64,000 nt of DNA from Candidatus Blautia merdavium (GCA_019119975.1 DWVZ01000150.1:4311-68310); one strand, 5' to 3'. Numbered from the stretch's first letter, positions 36,779 through 44,629 are shown. The notes: a model not told the origin generated them from the letters alone. Program-made: numbers and translations.

Positions 36779-36808
36779 AGTGTAACAATATTGGACTAAA
36801 TTAGTCAA
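36779..36808 (-). promoter_or_regulatory. Possible internal promoter in front of cooS
   Basis: On the minus strand: TTGACT (36808-36803, containing the AAA gene stop codon), 18-nt spacer, TACACT (36784-36779). The -10 box is weak, so this is tentative. Confidence 0.3.
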
Positions 36809-38370
36809 GTATAACTTTCGCTTTTTTCCATTCTTTCCCTTTCTTCCTGTTCATAGAACCGGCGGATTTCCTGTTTCAGAGTCTCTTCTCTCTGGCTGCG
36901 AAGAAGGCATTCCCCTTTTTCCAGATAAATATCGCATCCGTACTCTCCAATGAACCCCATGATATCCGGGTCCTCAGAAATCCTGGTAAGGAACAGCGCT
37001 GCCTCCTGCCCTGCGCCCGGATTCTCTGTGGCAAAGCAGATCCCTCTTTTAAGCGCCAGCTCCAGCTCCTCGCTTTTCTTCTTAAGCCTTACGGTTTCCC
37101 TGTAGAAATCCTGCTTCACCTGTTCAAATCCCTGCTGCTTATTAAGGATCCTGTTTTTTCTGACCTCTAAGAGCTCTTTTCCCAGCCAGCGGTCCAGCCG
37201 TTCCATCCAGGCTGCCTGTTCTGCCTCCAGAAGTCTCTGCTCTTTCAGCACCTTCTGTTTTTGTTTCAGCTCCTGCACAAAATCTTCCAGGATCCGGTCA
37301 AATTCCCGGTTTTCCGGCTCCTGTTTTACAATCTCTTTCAGCTTCGCCAGCTCCTGGTGGAGGAAGGAATCGTACCGCTCTTCTCTTCGATACTCCCGCG
37401 CCCTGGTCTGCAGGGCTGCTTCCAGAAAGCTTAAGACCGCGATCCTTTCTTCAAACCCTGCCTGCGCATACAGCCGGCTGGCTTCCTGGTTCTCTCCGGC
37501 ATCTTTCTCCAATATTTTTTCCGGTTCATACTCCTCCTGATAAGTGGCGCACAGGGTATAGAAATCGGAAAATTCCCCGGCTGTTTCCTTTTCCTGAAGG
37601 TACTGGGCAATCAGCTCCCGGGATACCGGGAGCTCTAATTCTTCATACTCCAGAAGCATTCTGGACAGATCCTCCCAGCCTCTGGCAGTGACGAAGGAAA
37701 CGCCCTCTCTGTCGTCTTCCACCTTGTAAAAACGGTCTTTGCGGATATCCAGATACGCCCATATGGAAGGGTGGACGCCATGCTTTACCGCATACTGTCT
37801 CCACACAGGATAATCCTCTTCCACCACAATCTTTTTCACCCTGTCTAAGGTGACGATGTCAAAATCTCTGGCAGTTTTATTATACTGGGACGGATTTCCG
37901 GCAGCTACAATGAGCCAGCCTTTGGGCAGCTTATGAGTGCCAAAAGTTTTCTGCTGAAGGAACTGGAGCATGGTAGGCGCCAGGGTTTCGGACACACAGT
38001 TGATCTCATCCAGAAATAAAATGCCTTCTTTCACTCCGGTTTCCTCCATACACCCATAAACCGATGCTACAATCTCGCTCATGGTATATTCTGTCACCGT
38101 ATATTCTCTTCCCTCAAAAATCTTTTTGCTCAGCACCGGAAGCCCTACCGCGCTCTGTCTGGTATGGTGGGTGAGGGTGTATTCCACCAGTCCGATGCCC
38201 ATCTCTTTGGCAATCTGCTTCATGATCGCCGTCTTGCCGATTCCCGGCGGTCCCATAAGCAGCACCGGACGCTGATGCACCGGAGGAATTTTATAGTTTC
38301 CGTCTGCATCCTTTGCCGTATATGCCTTTATGGTATTTTCAATCTCCTCTTTTGCCTGCCCGATATTCAT
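36805..38370 (-). CDS. AAA_5 (MoxR-class, CbbQ/NorQ/GvpN-like) ATPase with a ~260-aa coiled-coil C-terminal extension
   Basis: Walker A LLMGPPGIGKTA, Walker B GILFLDEIN, sensor-1 VAAGNP, and arginine TLDRV. Residues from ~260 to 521 are E/K/R/L-rich heptad-like sequence. It starts 9 nt after the stop of the VWA gene. Confidence 0.88.
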   Translation of the reverse strand: MNIGQAKEEIENTIKAYTAKDADGNYKIPPVHQRPVLLMGPPGIGKTAIMKQIAKEMGIGLVEYTLTHHTRQSAVGLPVLSKKIFEGREYTVTEYTMSEIVASVYGCMEETGVKEGILFLDEINCVSETLAPTMLQFLQQKTFGTHKLPKGWLIVAAGNPSQYNKTARDFDIVTLDRVKKIVVEEDYPVWRQYAVKHGVHPSIWAYLDIRKDRFYKVEDDREGVSFVTARGWEDLSRMLLEYEELELPVSRELIAQYLQEKETAGEFSDFYTLCATYQEEYEPEKILEKDAGENQEASRLYAQAGFEERIAVLSFLEAALQTRAREYRREERYDSFLHQELAKLKEIVKQEPENREFDRILEDFVQELKQKQKVLKEQRLLEAEQAAWMERLDRWLGKELLEVRKNRILNKQQGFEQVKQDFYRETVRLKKKSEELELALKRGICFATENPGAGQEAALFLTRISEDPDIMGFIGEYGCDIYLEKGECLLRSQREETLKQEIRRFYEQEERERMEKSESYT

Positions 38371-38379
38371 ATTCTGTTC

Positions 38380-39690
38380 TCACTCCTGTATCATTTGCTC
38401 TTTTTCCTCTGCGTCCTGCTCTTTTTGGGGAAGATACATCAGTTCTGCCCATGCCGGCACATTCGCCTCCCTGGGCGGTTCTTTTGTCAAAAGAAAGGTG
38501 GTCTTATAAGAAGGCTCTTCCAAAGGATAAATGCCGTCTCCGTCTGTGAAATAAAGAAGCCCTTTTAAATTCTGAAACTCCCCTTCCTTGATCAGCTGAT
38601 CCAGATAGCGGAACACCGGACGGAAATCGGTGCCTCCCCTTCCCTGGATCCTGATGTTCTTCAGGTAATCTTTCCACTCTTTTTCACAGGTCAGCACCGC
38701 ATCCTCCTGGATATAACAGTCGCACTGGATCACATGGATGTTTATTTTCCGAAAGAAGTTCTCCTGCCCGCTTAAGATGCTCCAGGTTTCCTCCAGAAAT
38801 CTCTGTACCTGGGCACGGCGGCAGGAGCTGGAGGTGTCAATGGCAATGACAAGCTCCTCTGTCTTTCTGGCTTCCGTGTATTCCAGATGCTCGATCAGCG
38901 GAAGATTTCCATACCGTTTCAGCCCATAAAGATAGGGGATATAGTCAAAGCTTTCCTTGTCCGTCTGAAGTTCTTCCCGCTCCACGAAATATCTTCGCAG
39001 AAATCTCCGGAAATCCCGTTTTCTCTGCTCCTGGACTTGATACCATTCCTTTTTTTCTCCCGGCAGGCTTCCCCGCCTGCCGATGCCTGCCTTTCCCTGC
39101 CCCTGCACGCCTGCATGGACCAAACCTGCACTTTTCAGGATCCTCTGCAGTTCCTTCTCCCCTGGCTTTTTCCAGAATTTATGACTGTCTGCATGAAAAA
39201 GCCTTTCCCATCTCTGTATGGTCTCACAAGAGAGCTCCAGTTCCCAAATCCTGCGGCAAAGCTCCTCCTGACTGAGATAATCCTTTCCCTGCCAGAGGCT
39301 GCGGCAGATGTCTTCTGCTTCCTGTGACATCCTTCCTGTCAGGGACACCAGTTCCATGCAGTCAATAGTATACTCCGCGCTGATGTCCCATGCCAAATGA
39401 CGGAGTCTGCTGTCCTTGTCTTTTTCCTCCGCCAGATTCAGGTAGAGCACGTGAAAAAGCATATGAAAAAGCAGCCGGTTCACCCCTCTTTGTCCTTTTT
39501 CTTCATAAAGGGAAAACAGGCTGTCTGCGTGGTAATAAATCCTGGTTCCATCGGTTCCTGTCTCTCTTCCCGGGACAAATTCCCGAAAAATCTCCTGTAC
39601 GGCTCTTCCCAAAGTCCCGGTGCAGACAGCCTCCTGGACTGCCTGCTCCCAGATGCTCTGGGCAATTTCTTCCTTGGTCCTCATATTCAC
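38380..39690 (-). CDS. DUF2201-type protein: N-terminal metallopeptidase-like domain (degenerate HExxH) plus C-terminal VWA domain
   Basis: The N-terminal region has LLFHMLFHVLYL where the family carries HExxH. The C-terminal VWA has an intact MIDAS motif (AIDTSSS ... GRGGTDF ... YFTDGDG). ATGA overlap with the upstream small gene. Confidence 0.82.
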   Translation of the reverse strand: MNMRTKEEIAQSIWEQAVQEAVCTGTLGRAVQEIFREFVPGRETGTDGTRIYYHADSLFSLYEEKGQRGVNRLLFHMLFHVLYLNLAEEKDKDSRLRHLAWDISAEYTIDCMELVSLTGRMSQEAEDICRSLWQGKDYLSQEELCRRIWELELSCETIQRWERLFHADSHKFWKKPGEKELQRILKSAGLVHAGVQGQGKAGIGRRGSLPGEKKEWYQVQEQRKRDFRRFLRRYFVEREELQTDKESFDYIPYLYGLKRYGNLPLIEHLEYTEARKTEELVIAIDTSSSCRRAQVQRFLEETWSILSGQENFFRKINIHVIQCDCYIQEDAVLTCEKEWKDYLKNIRIQGRGGTDFRPVFRYLDQLIKEGEFQNLKGLLYFTDGDGIYPLEEPSYKTTFLLTKEPPREANVPAWAELMYLPQKEQDAEEKEQMIQE

Positions 39691-40037
39691 AGCTCCCAGT
39701 TCTTTTCGTGAAATCCTTTGCCTGTTTTTTTCCTTCTCAGAAGCAGCATCTGCGCTTCCTGGTTCTTACAGGAAAGGGCGGTATCCAGGAACTGATCCAG
39801 CACTGCAGGCTCCGGCTGCAGTTCCTCAAGCAGCTGTTCCAGCTTCCTGTTTTCTCCCTGCCGGATCAGCTCCTGGGCTGCCGGACGCAGGCGCAGGGAC
39901 AGGTAGTTTCCATAGCGTTTTTTCAGCTCTTCTTCCTGGGGCAGAAGTTCAAAATACCGCTGCAGGGCAATCTCTAATTTCTTTGCCGCCTGTTTGGTCG
40001 TCAGGAAAATCTCATCCTCTTTTTTCATGGCATCCAT
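39687..40037 (-). CDS. Small helical hypothetical protein (116 aa)
   Basis: AGGAGG RBS 8 nt before ATG 40037. The stop overlaps the VWA gene start. Composition suggests an all-helical protein. I recognised no domain. Confidence 0.6.
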   Translation of the reverse strand: MDAMKKEDEIFLTTKQAAKKLEIALQRYFELLPQEEELKKRYGNYLSLRLRPAAQELIRQGENRKLEQLLEELQPEPAVLDQFLDTALSCKNQEAQMLLLRRKKTGKGFHEKNWEL

Positions 40038-40070
40038 GTTTTTCGCCTCCTGTGCGCCTGACCTTTTTTC

Positions 40071-40826
40071 TTAGAATTTCTCTGAAAAATATTCCCACAG
40101 CGCCTGATTGGTCCTCTCATTGATCCGCAGATCTTCCTCCTTAGGCAAAGCGCTTCCATCCTGAGGGTCCTCCCCGCAGATATCCGCTCCCGCCGACTTC
40201 CTGCAGGAAAATGCCAGGTCAAGAAGGGCAAACAGCTGGGAAAGCGGGGTCTCTCCCTGGTCCCAGTTGGTCCTTGCTTCCTGACGGCAGAGAAGGTCTT
40301 TGTCAACGGAAACATACAAAGGAACCTGGGGATCTTCCCTTAAAAATGCCTCCAGCGTCTCTGTCTTTCCCTCTTTTAAATCCTCTGCGCAAAGAGCTGT
40401 CACCCGGCAAAGATCTTCCGGAGCACATTCTGCGAACGCCTTTTTCGGCGGTCCCACGATGCAGATCTTTCGGACCTTTTCATTGGTATCCAGCACTTCT
40501 TTTACCCAGCTTCCGCAGGAGAGCAGACCGAAAAAGGCAGATTCCTGCATGTCTGTATGCTGGTCGAATACTAATAGGTCGCAGGGCTGTTCCAGCTTGT
40601 CCAGCCAGAATTTGCTCAGATAATGATAGTTCCCCGAATCTAGAAAGTGCAGCCCTAAAGGAGAACAGCCGGCAATCTGCCGTTTGATTTCCTCCTCCGC
40701 CTCCTGGGTGCAGTAGCAGTTCACGCCCTGCATCCGGGTAAAATCTATCCAGATGTGTTCCTTATCTCTGTAAAAATCTTCCTCTGCGTAAACGCCGGAA
40801 AAATTCATGATCACGGTTTCTTTCAT
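40071..40826 (-). CDS. Divergent arginase/ureohydrolase-fold (possibly UPF0489-like) protein
   Basis: Order and spacing of motifs resemble the binuclear-metal ureohydrolase fold. The three motifs are DSGNYHY (GGDHS position), LLVFDQHTDM (DAHxD position) and LYVSVDKDLL (SxDxD position). ATG 40826 forms an ATGA overlap with the upstream Fe-S gene. Confidence 0.55.
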   Translation of the reverse strand: MKETVIMNFSGVYAEEDFYRDKEHIWIDFTRMQGVNCYCTQEAEEEIKRQIAGCSPLGLHFLDSGNYHYLSKFWLDKLEQPCDLLVFDQHTDMQESAFFGLLSCGSWVKEVLDTNEKVRKICIVGPPKKAFAECAPEDLCRVTALCAEDLKEGKTETLEAFLREDPQVPLYVSVDKDLLCRQEARTNWDQGETPLSQLFALLDLAFSCRKSAGADICGEDPQDGSALPKEEDLRINERTNQALWEYFSEKF

Positions 40827-42151
40827 ACGTCTTTCCTGTTCTCTTTTTCCTTTTTCTTTCTGCTCCACTGCATCTGGCAGGACAAAAGCTTATCCAGATA
40901 GATAGACTTAAACTGTTTGCTGGCAAGCGCCTGTTTCAAAGGCGGCAGCTTTAAAATAGTCCCGAAGACCGCAGCCATTGCCCTGTGATTGGCAAACGCC
41001 TGATTATCAAAGACCAGGTTCTGTAAGGTTCCCTTTTCGATTGCCTGCAGTACAAAGCGGTGAGTGCTGTTCACCGGGGTGATCACCTGAATGGGACGTC
41101 TCTGCAGTGTCAGGGAATGGTTGGGGCAGTTGGAAGCACAGACCCCGCAGCCCAGACAGATTTCCGCATTTAAAACAGGACGTTTCACCGTCTTTTCCCC
41201 CATCTGCTTTTCTTCCATGGTGAGGGCAAAGATCGGACATGCTTTGGCGCATTTCCCGCAGCCGATGCAGGTCTCTTCCTGTATTTCAGGAATGTAGTTG
41301 GTAGTTGCCACTGGCTGCATGGGCGCAAACCTTCTGGCTGCCTGGAGCGCTTCACAGCAGCAGCCGCAGCAGTTGCAGATAAACGCCGGATTTTCCCTTA
41401 CGTTTTCTCCGATCTGTACCAGATTGGAAGCATAGGACCGCTCCAGGGCATCCATGGCTTCTGCTTTGTCAATGAGCCTTGCATGTCCTCCGTGCTCTGC
41501 CAGGGACCGCGCCACATTTCCAAAGGTCAGGCACACATCCCAGGGCGCGTCGATCTCGCAGGGATGTCCTGCATGATAGGCTTTGTGGCGGCAGTAGCAG
41601 AGTCCCAGACCGATGTAATCCGCTTCCTCAATGATGTGGCTGGCTCTCTCATGATCCAGGATATGGAGGGTATTTTCATTGGTCAGCACCGGCTCCTGTA
41701 CATAAACTCTTCCCAGCTTGGTCTCTGTTGCCCAGAACAGGTCCTTTACAAAGTCTTCCTCCACATTCATATACTGATAATACAGTTCACTTAAATATTT
41801 CTGGTCAATGTCGCCTCGGGTGCGCATCAGGGCAAACTCAATAAAGCCTGCCATAGGCGGCGGCATGACAAAACGGCGGACTCCCTTATACTCAGAGTCT
41901 ACCAGAAGGGCTTTCTCACACAGGTGGTCCAGCACCTTCTCCGCATGCGCTTCTGAAGTTCCCCAGATCTTGGCTGCACGGGTGATGGTAAAGGGGCGCA
42001 CCGGAAGCATTGCCACCCATTTCGCCTCCCGTTCTTCGTACAAAACCTGCAGGATCTTATAAAAGGTTTCGCTGGCAGGGGCGCCCTGGGTAAACCAGTT
42101 AATACGCTCCTCCAGATTTTTATATGCGTCTTTTGAAGTAATATGTCCCAT
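40823..42151 (-). CDS. Fe-S protein with a CNCCGCCC motif and a 2x[4Fe-4S] ferredoxin domain
   Basis: Motifs: LGLCYCRHK..., FICNCCGCCCE, CIGCGKCAKACP, CLGCGVCASNCP. ATG 42151 (MGHITSKD) follows an AGGAGAG RBS. A basic C-terminal tail overlaps the next gene. Confidence 0.75.
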   Translation of the reverse strand: MGHITSKDAYKNLEERINWFTQGAPASETFYKILQVLYEEREAKWVAMLPVRPFTITRAAKIWGTSEAHAEKVLDHLCEKALLVDSEYKGVRRFVMPPPMAGFIEFALMRTRGDIDQKYLSELYYQYMNVEEDFVKDLFWATETKLGRVYVQEPVLTNENTLHILDHERASHIIEEADYIGLGLCYCRHKAYHAGHPCEIDAPWDVCLTFGNVARSLAEHGGHARLIDKAEAMDALERSYASNLVQIGENVRENPAFICNCCGCCCEALQAARRFAPMQPVATTNYIPEIQEETCIGCGKCAKACPIFALTMEEKQMGEKTVKRPVLNAEICLGCGVCASNCPNHSLTLQRRPIQVITPVNSTHRFVLQAIEKGTLQNLVFDNQAFANHRAMAAVFGTILKLPPLKQALASKQFKSIYLDKLLSCQMQWSRKKKEKENRKDV

Positions 42152-42201
42152 ATGTTCTCTCCTGTCAATCTGCAAATAATCGGTTTTCGCATCTATGTTT
42201 T

Positions 42202-42230
42202 ATTGTATCACGTTTTTTTTCTTTTTCAAA
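42202..42230 (-). promoter_or_regulatory. Candidate sigma-A promoter of the Fe-S/arginase-fold/VWA/AAA operon
   Basis: On the minus strand: TTTGAA (42230-42225), 17-nt spacer, TACAAT (42207-42202), about 50 nt upstream of ATG 42151. Confidence 0.5.
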
Positions 42231-42332
42231 GTTTTCTATATTTGAAGTTTTCCGCCTTTGAATCCAGGTATATTTTTCCCCGAAAAGGAAATGCTATTTT
42301 CAGAAATCATGATCCACAAGGAGGCTACAAAA

Positions 42333-42524
42333 ATGGAAAACACTTCAGCAAATTCACCAGAAAGAAAAGAAGCAAAAAAGCCGGAAATGCTCTGCCCGGG
42401 CAAAGACTTTAAGCTTGCAGAACTGCCGGATTCCTGCGTCAGCCAGATCCACAAATTCGAGCAGGAACTCAACAGCCACGGCTACTGGAACATTGCCCTG
42501 GTAGCTTATCAGAAAAACAGCTGA
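42333..42524 (+). CDS. Small hypothetical protein (63 aa)
   Basis: AAGGAGG RBS 8 nt before ATG 42333 (MENTSANSPE...). It is divergent from the Fe-S operon. I recognised no domain. Confidence 0.5.
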   Translation: MENTSANSPERKEAKKPEMLCPGKDFKLAELPDSCVSQIHKFEQELNSHGYWNIALVAYQKNS

Positions 42525-42609
42525 TCTACCCCAGACGGGCAGGAAAATACCGGATGCTCTTCTCCTTCAGCATTTTCTCCGGTCATTCCTGCCTGTTTCT
42601 GCCGTTTCC

Positions 42610-43839
42610 TTACCACGCCGGACCCTCTGTCAGCTTTTCCATGGTCTGCTTCAGACACCAGGGAAAATCAATTTTTTCCACTGCGCCGGCAGTGACCACC
42701 TCTTCCGTTCTCCAGATTTCTTCTCCTACCCGGTACGTCAGCTCCCCCACCTTTTCTCCTGCCTGAACAGGCGCTGTCAGAGCGCTGACTCCTTCGTAGA
42801 CTGTCTCCATGGTCTCATCCTTTCTAAGGAGAAATTTCTGATCCTCCTGCCGTATATGGGTAAGCGCCGCCTGGGCAGTCTGTCCCAGGGCTGTACTTTG
42901 TCCGTCCTGCACCGGCAGGCTCTGCGGGATCGCGGGCAGGACTGCTTCACTGAAGCTGTGGAATTCATAATTTTCTATGCCGTACTCCATCAGCTTTCTG
43001 GTATCTGCCCATTTATAGGACTTGTGATTGGGCCAGCCGCAGCCTAGAAGCGCCACGATAAAGGTCCTTCCCTGATCCTCCAAAGCCCCTACATAGCAGT
43101 ACCCCGCATTGGCAGTAAAGCCTGTTTTCCCGCTCAGCGCCCCCTCCATCATGGTAAGAAAGGCATTGTGGTTCACACAGGAAAAGCTCCGGTTTCCCGA
43201 CACATCCGAAAAGCTGTAGGAAGGCGTCCTGGTGATCTCCAGGAATTCTTCTGCCTTGGGAGAATCTTTGATGCAGTATTTCATGATCCTTGCCAGATCC
43301 TCCGCTGTAGTTGAGTGGGTTTTCACCCCATCTTCCGTCTCTTCCTGGGCATCCAGTCCGTTTGGCGTGATAAAGTAGGTGTCCTTGCATCCCAGTTCCT
43401 CTGCCTTTTCATTCATTTTCTCTGCAAAGGCTTCCCGGCTCCCTCCCACGTGCTCTGCCAGGATCACCGCAGAATCGTTGTGGCTTTCCAGCATCAGGGA
43501 GTACAGCAGATCTTTTACATAGAACGCTTCTCCAGCCGCTGCGCCCAGATGTACCTTCGGCATGGAAGCCGCATAGGCGGAAGTCACTGCCTGATCGGTA
43601 AGGTTCCCATTTTCCAGTACCAGGATGCAGGTCATGATCTTGGTGGTACTTGCCATGGGGCGGGGCACCTGTCCCTCTTTTTCATACAGGACTCTGCCCG
43701 ATTCCCCGTCCAAAAGCACTGCGGAAAGTGCGTATAGATTTTGCGGCTCCAGGATCTCTCCTGCCTGCGCCGGGACTGCCGCCTGCAGGAGCAAAAACAC
43801 CAGCACCGCAGCCACACCTGTCTTCATCCCTCTTCTCAT
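42610..43839 (-). CDS. dacB: D-alanyl-D-alanine carboxypeptidase (peptidase S11, DacB-like)
   Basis: Signal peptide, SxxK (ASTTKIM), SxN (SHND), KTG (KTGFT), and a PBP5-type C-terminal domain. Its position after scpA-scpB matches the Bacillus ypuG-ypuH-...-dacB arrangement. Confidence 0.85.
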   Translation of the reverse strand: MRRGMKTGVAAVLVFLLLQAAVPAQAGEILEPQNLYALSAVLLDGESGRVLYEKEGQVPRPMASTTKIMTCILVLENGNLTDQAVTSAYAASMPKVHLGAAAGEAFYVKDLLYSLMLESHNDSAVILAEHVGGSREAFAEKMNEKAEELGCKDTYFITPNGLDAQEETEDGVKTHSTTAEDLARIMKYCIKDSPKAEEFLEITRTPSYSFSDVSGNRSFSCVNHNAFLTMMEGALSGKTGFTANAGYCYVGALEDQGRTFIVALLGCGWPNHKSYKWADTRKLMEYGIENYEFHSFSEAVLPAIPQSLPVQDGQSTALGQTAQAALTHIRQEDQKFLLRKDETMETVYEGVSALTAPVQAGEKVGELTYRVGEEIWRTEEVVTAGAVEKIDFPWCLKQTMEKLTEGPAW

Positions 43840-43943
43840 ACCCTTTCTCCACCCTTCTGTCCAGATCAGCAGCTTCGCAAAGCCGCTCTGCTATACTTTA
43901 TGTACAACCCCGCCAAAGAATTCCTGCCGGAAAAAGTACAAAA

Positions 43944-43988
43944 CAAAGAAAAACAAAAAAAGACCGGAAAGAGATACCTGTTCGTATC
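43944..43988 (-). terminator. Intrinsic terminator downstream of scpB
   Basis: Minus-strand hairpin CCGGAGAGCAGAUAC...GUAUCUCUUUCCGG followed by UCUUUUUUUG. Confidence 0.75.
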
Positions 43989-44055
43989 TGCTCTCCGGCA
44001 GTCCTTTTGCCTATGTAAAAAAAGCCCGTCGCTTTTCTTGTTTCTCTGTTCCCTT

Positions 44056-44625
44056 TTATACATTCAGCTGAAGCTGCACTTCCTCTTCTGCCTCTGCCTT
44101 GAAATCTTCCACCTGCACCGGATCGATCTCCGGCAGCTCGTCCAGTCCCTGTACGCCGAAATTTCTGAGAAATTCTTCCGTGGTCCCTAACAGGATGGGG
44201 CGTCCGGGAGCGTCCAGTCTTCCCACTTCCTGGACCAGATTGTATTCGATCAGTTTATTGACCGCATGGTCGCATTTGACGCCGCGGATCTTTTCAATCT
44301 CCAGCTTGGTAACCGGCTGCTTATAGGCGATAATAGACAGGGTTTCCAGCATCACGTCAGACAGAACTGCCTTTTTCGGCTGCAGAGCCAGTTTTACCAG
44401 GCAGTCATAGTATGCCTCTTTGGTACACATCTGATAGGCGTTTTCCAGTTCTATGATCTGGATGCCTCTGTCTTCCTCCTGATATTTCAGCATCATATTC
44501 TGTATGATCTTCCTGGTGGTATCCTGGTCATGCCCGACGGCTTTGGCGATGGCGCTTAGCTCCACCGAATTTCCCATCGCAAACAGCAGCGCCTCTATGG
44601 CTCCTTCCAGTCTTTTTATCTCCAT
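44056..44625 (-). CDS. scpB: Segregation and condensation protein B
   Basis: MEIKRLEGAIEALLFAMG... and the ScpB winged-helix repeats. The ATG 44625 start is chosen over the overlapping longer ORF. Confidence 0.88.
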   Translation of the reverse strand: MEIKRLEGAIEALLFAMGNSVELSAIAKAVGHDQDTTRKIIQNMMLKYQEEDRGIQIIELENAYQMCTKEAYYDCLVKLALQPKKAVLSDVMLETLSIIAYKQPVTKLEIEKIRGVKCDHAVNKLIEYNLVQEVGRLDAPGRPILLGTTEEFLRNFGVQGLDELPEIDPVQVEDFKAEAEEEVQLQLNV

Positions 44626-44629
44626 GCTT

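Noticed and set aside
42236-42472. A 78-aa minus-strand ORF and the longer 88-aa plus-strand version of the small gene in the divergent promoter region.
   Set aside because: The minus-strand ORF has no RBS and overlaps the better-signalled plus-strand gene. For the plus-strand gene, only the internal ATG at 42333 has an RBS.
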